This document shows, piece by piece, positions 27,050 to 39,000 of a stretch of DNA of 64,000 nt; within the stretch, counting starts at the first letter, position 1, and every line of letters starts with the position of its first letter. Made by a program: the position numbers and the translations under genes. The stretch comes from Chrysomallon squamiferum. Its lineage: Eukaryota > Animalia > Mollusca. Location: NCBI GenBank assembly GCA_012295275.1, contig CM022676.1:992001-1056000 (forward strand). Direction: 5' to 3'. The notes beneath the pieces are model-generated. The model was not told the origin of the DNA. It made no database searches and saw only the letters and a list, made by a program, of their open reading frames with translations.

Positions 27050-30000
27050 AGCCATCAAATGTAAATAAATTATAATATTAAAAATAAAAAGTAATTGTTA
27101 AGTTTCAGAAGAAAAGTGTGGAAAACATCCCATCAGAAGAAAATGAGGTGGTGAGATATCAGTTTTATGTTAAACAGTGAAAGTAAACTCTTCAAGAATA
27201 TAAAAATAAATCAATAAAACTTACAATTAATATTAATTAGTATTATCCATTTCTATAATGTTAACCATTTCCCTTAGACAAATTCACACAAACACACATG
27301 ATACAGAACGGACAAACTTAAACAGTACAGACATTCAAAAAATTATATATAAAAAAACTGTTTCATGTTTCAGGATAAAGAAAATGTTGAGGAAAGTGAT
27401 TCTGAAAGCAGTGGTCAGTGTTTTCATCTACAAACTTAAAAACACATTAAGAAAATAACATCATATTATGTATGTTTAATAATAAAACATAATCATATAG
27501 TTTGTGAAGAGCAACATTTTATAATAATTTATCTAAAGGAGGGAGATAAATACAGCTATGTCAGTATCAGTGAATGTGTATGTGTATTAGTTCATTCAGT
27601 GCCAAATGATAATCATAACAGCTTGAGCACTCTGTTTGCAGCAAACATGGAAGTGAAAGATGAGTTTTATGAGGAAAAGGAGTGCTGTGAGGAAAAGGAC
27701 GTAGATACTCCTAAACGAAACTGGTCACTGCTGGAAGACATTGTTTCTCACTTCAGTGGATCAGAACTCTATGGCGACATCTCACATATATTAGTAGGCT
27801 TGTTGTTATTATAGGCACAGTGTGTAGTCATAGAAGACACCAAAAATAGTTTACTTTTAGTATTTGTCACTGTAATCATGAGACAGTTTTTTAAAATGAT
27901 ACATAATTAGTGATACTGTTTAAATAATGAAGAAATATTAGTAATGATAATACTTTACAGAAAATAATGTTAATAATACTGCAGTGGTGTGAAAACTGGT
28001 ACTTCAGTTTATAAACAAATAGCTGTAACCTAATAATAAAGGAAAATATTATTTTTTCCACAGTATATAAATAATCAGAATTTTGGCAATGTATTTATTT
28101 ATTTATTATTATTATTTTTTTTAAATTCTTTTTTCAGACTAAAAACTCTAGTATTGAAGCTGATCTGGAAGACACAGTAATCCTTTTCTTAACACATTTT
28201 ATTAATTTATTAAAGATAATAATGATCAAAAGAGCCTTATATTTTAATATCACAATTGTAATTAACTAGAAGTTATGAAATATTTTATTATTTTTGTTGT
28301 TATTTTGTTAGTAGATTAAATTTGGCATCCATACAAAATGTGAATCTTATAAGAATTTCTTCAATTTCAGGACGCAGAAGATGGCCCTTTGTCTGTTCTT
28401 ATTAAGAGAGTAAATAGAAATGTTATGTTTATTTTAAAAACTTTTTACAAGAATGCCTCTAGAAAGCTGTAGTGATGCTACATCTTGACTGGGCAGGTTT
28501 TGTCAAATTTATGTTATTAAAACTATTTTTAAAATGTTAAGACATTGTTGCTGTGGATTATTAATTGATGTTTAAAATACTGTTATAATTTAGTATACTC
28601 ATAAACAGAGATACATTGTAGTAAACATCTTTTATGTATTGTATTTTATTTATTTATTAATTTATTATTATTATTATTTATTCATTTATTTATTTATTTA
28701 TTTATTTATTCATTTTTATTTATTATTTTTTTATTTTTAACAGAACAAACTCAAAAAGCAAGAGAAAACAGACATCAAATTATGTGAAAAAAAGGTAAAC
28801 ATCACATTACATCTTACAGTTTGCTCCTTCTCTGAATTTAGTTCTATGCAGTGATCAAACTCATGAATGATTTTGTTTTCAGGATCTGATTGACACCGGT
28901 GGAGACAGCACTGTACAGAACATGGAAGCAAGTGACAGTGAAATAACAAACAGAGAATCAGCAAACTGTGAACCAAACTCAGATGTAGCAGGTAAAAAAA
29001 AAAACGAAGAAAAAGTGAGGCCATTCGAAAATTTCATGATGCAAAAGGTAGTTATATTTTAAGAAAAGTTGCCTTCTTTATTTACATTTTTTTTAAATAT
29101 TATATATTTGTGCTGATTGACTGACAAAGTTCTGTTTAATGATAAATAATTAGTGTTCTTACTGGTGATCTAGTTTATTTACTGGAAAACGTTATTTTAT
29201 TAGAATTCTCACATTAATTAGAAACAATACAATACACTGAAAAGAATGTAATGGGGATGGAGAGGAGAGTGAGGAGTGATAGTCTGAGGAACAACCAAAC
29301 AAAATTTAGTTACAAATCAGAGGACTTGAATAAGAGATGACCAGTGTTTGTATATTGTACGGGTGCTTTGTGTATTGAATTCTTAGCAGACCCCAGATTA
29401 GAAGCTGTGATCCCTTCTTATCTGTTCCTGACACTTTACATCTGAAATTTATTTCTGACCAGTGTCGCAGAAACAATAAATATGTATCAGCTTTGTTTAC
29501 CAAGAAAATACTTAGTGTATTAATCATATTCATTTAAAAATTAATATTGACAATACTAATTATTATAAATTATAACTACTGTTAATTAAACTTACATCAA
29601 AATATTTAGTAAATCATATGTTAGCATATTTAATATAAATGAACTGAGAGTCCACAAGTGAAATTTGGCAATAAAATGCTCAGAACATATTGTCTCCTCT
29701 TTAATATATAACATCTTAATTATTCTGTTTAGTAGACCAGAGGCATGTGTAATATTATATTTGTGTGTAGTTTATAATATTTTGTAGACTGTAAATGGTA
29801 TCTAAAGCCACAGTTTCTACAAAATGCAACATATGAAAGATACAAATGGCATTAGCAAACATATCTTTTAAAAATAAAAACAAATTATTTTCTTGATTTT
29901 GATATCAAAGTTATAGTAAATCAGTAGTATTTTTGTCTTGACTTTTGTAATTTCACATTTAGTAAACAGAAAGGCAAATGTCTTGGTTTAAATACAGTAT

Positions 30001-33000
30001 TTTTAGTGCATTACAGAATAACTTAACATTTATTACTGTAAAAAGGACTATTTTGATAATCCTGAATTAATGTTTTACTAGCTATTGTATCACACTTTTT
30101 ATTCAAAATGTCAGAATCTCTGGGATTCGTAAGTGAGAAAAAATAGAAACAACTTTAAATAAAGCAAATCTTTTGATTACAATATTTTTTCCTAGACGTG
30201 ACTTTGCATTATAATTTAGTTCTTGAATTTCATAGAAGTCAATAGTACATCAATTATTGTAAATTCTGTTTTGCATTTTATATTTAATGTTTTGAACCCA
30301 TTTTTATGTGATAGTTGATTTTTCCTAATTTTAATATATTAGTTTTAAAAGCACACATATCAGTAAAATAATTTAATGTTTTATCACACCATTCTAATAG
30401 TACTGTTGTGTCATCAGCAAACTGTAAAATTTTAAATTCAGTGCCATTTATCTTTGTTATTTCTTACCAAGAATTTCAATTAAATGCTATGAAATTGTAC
30501 GAGATGCTTTCTCTGGCTTATTTGTATGTATGTGCAGTGTAATATATCATATGTAAGTCTAAATCCATTTTGATTTCTGGATACTATTGATGGGAGGACA
30601 GATTTGATTTTTTCTGTAATATATTCCTGAAATAATGTTTAATACGATACTGGTCTGCAATTCTTAACATATTCTCATACATTATCTTTCTTTGGAATAA
30701 GTGTAATTAATCCAAATTCTTGTGACTGATTCTTACCCAGTTTATAATAAAAAAGGTTTAAACTACTTAAAACAAAATATCTGACAAAAGAATTTGCTTT
30801 ATTTGACAGTGACTTTATCCATTTTTTAAAAACCTTTAGTAACCTATTTAAAAGTTAATTCTCTTTCACTAGCAATTTTCATTTAATATCATTTAGTCTG
30901 GCTACTTTACAGTTATTAAGTCTAGGGTCAAATCAGTGTGTTGATTACTTTATAATGTTTAATGATTTTCTTGGTCTGTTAAATACAGTTGATGTTTTTG
31001 TTACATTTCTCTTTTCCAAGCTTCAAAAATATTTTGATGTTTTTTTTTTGTTTTCCTGTGTTCTACCCATTGAGATTATAGATGTAATTAAAACATCTTT
31101 CAGTTTTCTTTCCTCTGAGCTGCTAGATCATTTTTAAATGATTAAGATTTTTCTTCTAAAGACAAATCATCTATCTTTCGGTTGAAGAGAAGAAAAATCA
31201 ATTTTTAAAATATTTTCTTCAACATTTTTTTTCTTAGATGCAAAAACTATTTTATGGCCTGTTATTGCTATGACTAAATAGTGTTTAATAGTATTCTAAT
31301 AGTTTCTTTAACCATAAAAACTCAATTTTTATCATATAGAGGGAATTACAGTTTTCAAAAGCTGCTGTTTTGCAGTATCGAAAAGTTTTATTTCTAGTGA
31401 ATGACATTAGTGTTTCTGTGGATATTTTGCACCAACTTCACCAACTAATATAAAATCTATGACCTTGTTTAAATGTGGCATTTTTTAGCCACCACATATT
31501 TTTTACTATCTGTGTGTTTGTGTTAGCAATATAATAGACAATATTCTTCAATTAGACTTAAAGTTTTGTTTCTGGCTTTTGTATTGTTTATTTTTTTAGA
31601 TCTGCATGTTGGTCTAAACTTCAGTTCCAGTTGTCACTTATTATATATGATGCATTTCCCATTATTTCTAAAACTGAATCCAGTTGTTAAAAAACAAGTG
31701 CTGGTTTTACTTCATTGCTTGTCACATTATATTAATGCGAGTGAAACTTCTGCTTTTTTAGTGATGTGTCTATTCCAAAAGTTACTTGATTGTCACATTA
31801 AAATGATTTTTTGTGTTGTTAAAAAAATAGCCATGTCACTCAAAAAACTTAACTAAACTAAAACTAACACAAATTTTCTTACAGCTTGTAAAATATCTGC
31901 CCTGTAGCAGCTATACATTCAAGGGTTCATCTCTTAAATCATCAAAAACATCTTTTCTCTTTAGTGTGCACCCCTTGATAATTGATAGAAATAATTTTTA
32001 ATATGTCACTTATTAGCAAAACAAAAAAGTACTTTCACACTGAGAGATGATTTTTTTTAAACTGAAATTAATAAAAACATTTTGACATACACTTTCACTC
32101 AGATACACATACTCTTTCAGAAACCCTATCAATCACAAATAAATGTGATTTTCAGTAAGTCTAGAAAGAGAAGAAAACCTAAAGGTGGTGTTGTCACAAG
32201 CTTCATGCTAAATAGTCAGCAAGAGCAAATAGCTTGTATACAAAGTCTATCCAAGCAAATGTTATTATACTGACAGCTAGTTTTACATAAAAACAGGTTA
32301 TATTGGTAACTTTAAGATTCTGCAATAGAGATGATTTCTTTCTTTAATTTAGTATTTAGGCATTAACAAAAGAAAAACGAAAAAAGAAAAAAAAGAAATG
32401 GATGAATGGAGAACTCTTTTTACGTGCCCACGTCCAATTCAAGGTTCGGGCACGCCTATCACGGATCCGATCTCTGGGATCGCCAGGGATGGGTTCCTGG
32501 ACAGGAGAGGGGAAGGGAAAAGGGGGAAAAGGAATGGGAGGGGAAGGGGAAGGGAAGGGGAAGGGGACTTTGAAGTGGGCAATTTGGAATAAACCTTTGA
32601 GTGGTTTTTAATTATTAAGATCCAAAAGGGTGCAGTAGAGACACATATATACAGACCCATACACATAGATACATGTACACACATGTGGAAATATATATAT
32701 ATATATATACACATACATACACACACACACACACATATATACATATATATATATGCATTGGGCACTGTTTAAGGGGTTTTATTTATTTATATTTATTTAT
32801 TTATTTGTTTATTTATTTATTTATTTACTTAGTTTCTACTATTATTTAATAAAAAAAAAAAAAAAAAAGCTCGTCGTGACATCGTGTCGGGCATCTTTTT
32901 GCTTTTTGTTGTTGTTAACGTCGCGTTGTTGTTAGTTTTTGGAGTTCAGACGTCGAGGGGAGGTTGCCAGTTGGTTCTGGGGTTGGATACGGATGTGTTT

Positions 33001-36000
33001 ATTTTATGTAGTGTTTTGTGAATGTGTCTGTGTTTATATTTTGACTTTTGTTGCTTCCACGAATCGCATTATCAGGTTGTCTACTTGTTTTTTTTAGGTG
33101 TTTGGGGGGGGTGGGGTTGAAAATGTCAGCTGGAGTAAATCTGACTTTGATGTTTGTTAAAGCTGTGTTTAGTTTGCGCCTGTCCTTGTCGTATTTGGTG
33201 CAGTAGAAAATATAGTGTCTGACGTTGTCCAGTTTATGGCATGTGCCGCACTTGTCACTCACAGTGTTGTCGAGTCTATGTCTACTGTCGTTTAGTCCGA
33301 AGGTCACTCCCACTCTGAGACGGGTTAAAGTTTGAGTTGTTTTGTTGTTGTCTGAGAGTGGGCTGGGCGAGTTTACTTTCGGTTTAATTATGTAGTGCCA
33401 TAGTCTAGTCTTGTTGTCCCAGTCTTGTTGCCACGATTCTATCAGCTTATTGTGCGCTATGGTCATGATTTCGTTCACGTTGTACTTAGAGTCAAAGTCG
33501 ATCGTGTCGTCGTCAAGCGAGTGTTTAGCGTTTTTGTCTGCCAGCTCGTTTCCAGTAACACCCACGTGGGCGGGTACCCACTCGAAGGTGACCTTGTGTC
33601 CTCTGTAGGTGATACAGTTTGTGAGTTCGATGATCTGTCTAATGTACTGGGAGCTGCTGAATTTGAGTTTGTGCAGAGCTTGCAATGAGCTGAGGGAGTC
33701 AGTCAGTATGAGGTATTTCTTTTTTGTGCTGTTGACGTAAGTTTGAGTTAAGACCCATTTAAGTGCCGAGAGAATAGCTATTAGTTCCGTAGTGAAGACG
33801 GATAGGTTGTTGGTCAGTCTACCTTTGTAGTTGAAGGGTACGTCGGGTAGTTCCGGCCTGACATGAAAGGCCATGCCGGTTCTTCCCGTGAGATGGTCTT
33901 TGGAGCCGTCCGTGTATATTTGTACGAAGTCCGAGTAGTGGTCGCTTAGTGCTGCTCTAAAAATTACGTTTTTAAATGGGTCGTGTTCCGTCTTCGATAC
34001 TTCCTGTCTAAGCGTTAGAGGTATGTCTAGTTGTTTCATTGTCCATGGCGGTTCTAAGGGTGAAGGGTTGTTTTCAAGTTCTAGGTCTAGTAGGTTTAGT
34101 CTTTTTGCTGTCCTGTGTGTGTCGTTGAGTGATGCTTCTCTGTCGTTGATGTAGGGTAGGCTGTTTGGGATGATTGTGTTTATAGGATGGGTGGGGATGA
34201 GATTTTTGATTTTGAACCAGTGTTTGAGACACTGTGTGCTGCGTCGGATTCGCAGCGGCAGCATGTTCAGTTCCACAGACTGTCCGTCGGTGTGCCTGGG
34301 AATACCCTGGCAACAATTCTGAGTGCCTTGTTGTAGACCGTGTCTAGCCGTTTTAGTTGGTATTCAGACACACCGCTGAACGCCTGGGACCCATACTGGA
34401 GTCTTGACACTACTAGTGCTTCGAACACCATCAAGAGAGATGATCTGTTAGCTCCCCATTTGGCGTTCGAAAGCACTTTCAGTAGGTTGATGTATTTTGT
34501 GCACGTGTTGATTGTGTTGGTGATGTGTTGTTTGAAGTTAAGGCACCTGTCGAAGGTGACTCCCAGGAATTTGACTGCGTTTACTTGTGGGATTTTTGTG
34601 TTGTTGTAGTGTAGGTCTATTTTATTGTGTTTACTGTTGGCTTTTCTCCCAAAGGTTATGGTGACAGTCTTGGATTGGGAGATAGTGACTCCCCAAGTTT
34701 CCGCCCAATTTTGTAAGTTATTTAAGTCTTTTTGCATATCTGTTTCGATTTGATTAAGAAGTTTCCAGCACGCCAAAAGGCTGTATCATCCGCAAATAGT
34801 CCTATACTAAGCTTAGTTGCGGTTTTCGAGTTAGTGGCTAGTTTATGTGCTAGGTCATTAATAAAAATGCTAAAAAGTGTAGGGGCGATAACTGAACCCT
34901 GGGGGATCCCATTCTCCAAATCCAAGCTGTCTGAGAAGTTTTCGTCTACATTGACCGTAAAGGATCTATTTTTCAAGAACGCTTCTATAAAGCCGAACAT
35001 AGGGCCTCTTATGCTCATGTTGTAGACTTTGATTAGAAGTCCATGTCTCCAGACCATATCATAGGCTTTTTCTATGTCAACAAACACTCCTACCACTTTT
35101 TGTCCAGTAAACAAAGATTCGGATATTTCAGATTGTAATCTGGTTATGTGGTCGCTTGTGGAGTGGTTCTTTCGGAAACCACTTTGAAAGGTCGAAATGA
35201 GTTGGTTTTTTTCCAGAAAATGTGTTAGGCGTTTGTTGACCATATCCTCCATGGTTTTGCAGACACTGGACGTTAGTGAGATAGGACGATAGTTGGAGGG
35301 GTTGGAAAGGTCCTTGCCCTGTTTTGGAAGGCTGAAGACTTCAGCATGCTTCCATTTGAGGGGAAGGTATCCTTCCTTCCAGATAGTGTTATAGAGTTCC
35401 AGAAATAGATTTAGCATGTCTGTGGGCATGTTTTGAAAGAACAGGTAGGATACTTTGTCTGGCCCGGGGGCCGTTCCTTTACGGTCGGAGAAGGCCGCTG
35501 TCATTTCTTGGAGTGTGAAGGGAATATTGTATTTCGTTCCTGAGGTTTTTGAGTCAGGTGGGATTTTGTTGACTGTTTCTAATTTATTTTTAATTTTTCG
35601 AAATTTGGGGGGAAAGTTGTTTGTACTCGAGTTGTGTTTAAAGACATCTCCCAGAGCAGCGGCCTTCTCTTTGTTTGTATGGAAGTTTTTGTTGCGGACT
35701 AGTAGTGTGTTCTTGCTAATTGGTTTGCCCTGTATGCGTTTGATTCTGGCCCAAATTTCCTTACTAGATGTGTTGATGTTGATAGATGTGCAGAAGGTTT
35801 TCCACGATTCTTTTTTTGCATGTAGCACGGCTTGTGAGACTTTGTGTTTACTGATTTTGAGGTTTGCGAGGTTGGTTGCTGAGTTATTTTTTTGGTATGT
35901 TTTGCGATGTTTCTTGCGTGCCTTTGTGAGGAGTTTTAGTTCTTCACTCCACCAAGGGACTGAATTATTTTTGTATTTATAATTAGAAATTGGAATAGTT

Positions 36001-39000
36001 TTATAGGCAATGCTAATTATTCTGTCAGTTAAATTTTGGTTAAAAGTGTCGATATTATTGCTTCGAATGAGTTTGGGATCTGTTTCCAGACATTGTTTTT
36101 TAAATTCAGTCCAGTTGGCTTTCGTGAAGTTCCATTTGTGTTTGTTTATTGGTACCTCTTTCCAGTTATTTTGTGTGTTGTATGAGATGAGTATTGGTAG
36201 GTGATCGCTGTTGAGGTTGTTGAGGACTGTCCATTCGCATTTAGAGGGAGGCTATTGTTTCAGACACTGTTGAGATATCAATGCATGACCAGGTGTTGTA
36301 TATGTCTGATAGGAAGGTTGGCGTGCCATCGTTCAGACATATGTGTTTGTTAAGCTCCATAATTTTTTCGACGATGATTCCCTGTTTGCCTGTACTAGAG
36401 GAACCCCATAGGTGGTTTCTGCTGTTGAAGTCCCCTAGTACGATGGAGTTGTCGATATATTTAGCGGGAATGCTTTTAGTGTAGTGTTCGAGTGTTATGT
36501 TGTATTGATTTTTGCCTGGGTGGGTGTAATAGTTGAAAATGTTAATGTCCTCATCCTGGCCATGTATTGCTATCCCAAGTGTCTCTATGTTGATGTGGTG
36601 GTTTGTGAGTGTGATACGTGAGTAGGAGAGCTCATTTCTGACAAAATCGCTACTCCTCCTCTCGTGCAGTTGGTGTTGTGAAAGAAACCATAGAAACCTG
36701 GAATGTTAAAGTTTTGGAAGAGTTGATTCTTCCGTGTTTGTGTGTTGGTGTATCTGTATATTAGAGTTAGTTATGTAGTGTTTGAGTTCTTCGCCATGGC
36801 CTCCTGTTTTGAGGCCTTTGGCATTCCACTGTAGGATGTTAAGGCCTTTGGCTTGATTACTTTTAATGTTTTGTTTGTCTCCCATGTGTGGTGTGACGGA
36901 GTTTGGTAGCCTTGGAGATTGGTTCTGTTGCGTGTATTTTGATTGTATTTACTTTATTTGTTTAGTGTTCTCGGTGTTGATGTTGTTTTGGTAATAGTTG
37001 ATTGCGTGTGGGAGCACAGTGTCAAGTTCCAGCGGTAGACCCAGGTGGTGTTGTAGGGTTTGACATGCTGCCGCAGTGGCTTTCTTTATGTCTGCAACCG
37101 ATCTATTGGAGTTGGGGTTGGGGTTGGGGGTCCGCAGGGATCCGTCTAGGAATAGGCCAGTGACAACCCTGAGTAGTTGGAGGGCTGTCACTGGGCTGTC
37201 TTTGTTGGTTATTGTGCCTATTTGTCCTTGTTTTGCGTCTGTCGTGGGGGCTGGTGTGTATGAGTGTGTGCCTGATGAGTGAGGGGTGCTAGCTGTGTGT
37301 GTGTTTTTGGCCTCCACGTGTTTCAGTGCGTTGTGGTAGGCCGCGCATAGGTGGCTGTGTGTGTAGTGTCGGCCGTTGCAATTTGCGCATTGGACGGGTT
37401 GACGGCTCGGGTTGTCAGGCGTTTTCTTGGGGTGTTTGCCCCCACACCTGAAACACGTTGGGTGTCCCCGCAACGACCTGCACTTTTTTGTGTTGTGTCC
37501 CCATCGTTGACACTGGGCGCATTTGATGGGTTGTGTTGTGAATGTCAACAGTTGCAGGTGTTTGTTCTTGAAGCGGATGTGGTCTACTGTCGTGTTAGCA
37601 GACAGAAGCACATCCCAGTAGCCGTTGCTCCAGATGGTGATGGTCTGAATCATCACCTCTGGGTTTTCTTCTTTTGCTATCTGTAAGATTTGTGTAGCTG
37701 TTTCAGGAACTGGTTTTGCTTTCACCAGTCGCCTTAGCGAGTGATCTGCTGCTGTGGTGGTTGCTGTTGGTGTCGTGTGTATCTTAGGTGTTGTGTAATG
37801 AGTGTCTTTTTGTAGGGTGTTGTTTTGTTGTTGCGGAATGGCTTTTGCCCGTGCAGTTGGTGGCACGCTCGAGTAAAAAAACTCTCGGGGCCAGGTTCTT
37901 CCTGGTGTGAGGGTGAGGTGCGGGAACTCCTCTGTGTTGTTTGATAGATTGGGGGGGGGCTTTGGGGGATTTGTTTTGTGGGGTTATCATGGCGGTATTT
38001 GTATTTTTGTTTGGGTATTGTCGGGTTTGTGTTGTTTGCTACTTTTAAAAATTCCTTTTTGTGTGGTGTTTGTTTTGTTGTTTCTGTGTATGGTTTCTGT
38101 TTCTTTTTTTTTGATTTGGTGTTTGCCTGGGTTAGGGGTTCTGCAATGAAGGTGCAGTCCCCCCAGGTGCCGTAGGCCACCGTACGGTCCAATTGTTGAT
38201 GGATTTCCTTGCTGCTCTTTTCGTCTTGGGAGTATCCTAGTTCGATGGGGGCAGAGGGGCTCAGGGTCTTCACTTGGATGGGTTCCCTCCTCTCTCTAGG
38301 TTCCTCCGTACACCTCGCGAGTGTGACACACACCTTTCGACACTCTGTGGGGTTGGGCATCAGCTCCATGCTGGTACCCAGTTTGGTGAGTGAGCTGTCC
38401 GACTCGGCCCTGACGAAAGTGGTCTCATCAGACAGCCGGGTGTGGAAGACTGTGTCGTCCAACAGTCGCGAGACGGACTGTTGGAAGAAGATAGCTTCGT
38501 ACAGAGTCGGGTTTTTTTGTTGAACAAAACCCGCCTCAGCCCGGGGATTGGTGCCTTAGCGGGTCTAGGAGGACTGGCGGACAGTTTGAGGGATTTATGG
38601 GAGCCCTGTTGGGGGACAGCGATGTTGAGCATGTCCAGGGCCGAAAATCTGTTTGCAGTGCTGATTGGTAGCTGTTCTGGGGGAGATTGGACAGTTGGGT
38701 GGGTTTTGCGTTTTTTATTTTTAGGCTGGGGGGATTCCGGAACGGTGGTCAGTCCGGTTGGGACATTTATTTGGGGACATTCTGGGGGAGTGGACAGGTC
38801 GGGGCAGGGAGAACCGTCCGGTGTTGTCTGTACGAGCCCCACATAGATGATGTCGTCTAGTGAACTGTCAGATGTGTTTCCGTTGTCTTCTGGGAAGCCG
38901 AGAGAGAAGTCCGGGAGTTCCCTTTCTGTTTCTCCTAGTTTTTTGGGGGAACCCTCTTCGGTATTGGATGTTTCGACTGGTTTGGTTGTGTCCGCCATTG

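Noticed and set aside
32398-32611. G-rich ORFs / G-quadruplex-like tract
   Set aside because: Purine-rich simple repeat in or next to the LINE 3' UTR; no evidence of independent function
33411-38846. Numerous + strand ORFs in the GC-richer island
   Set aside because: Antisense shadows of the LINE ORFs
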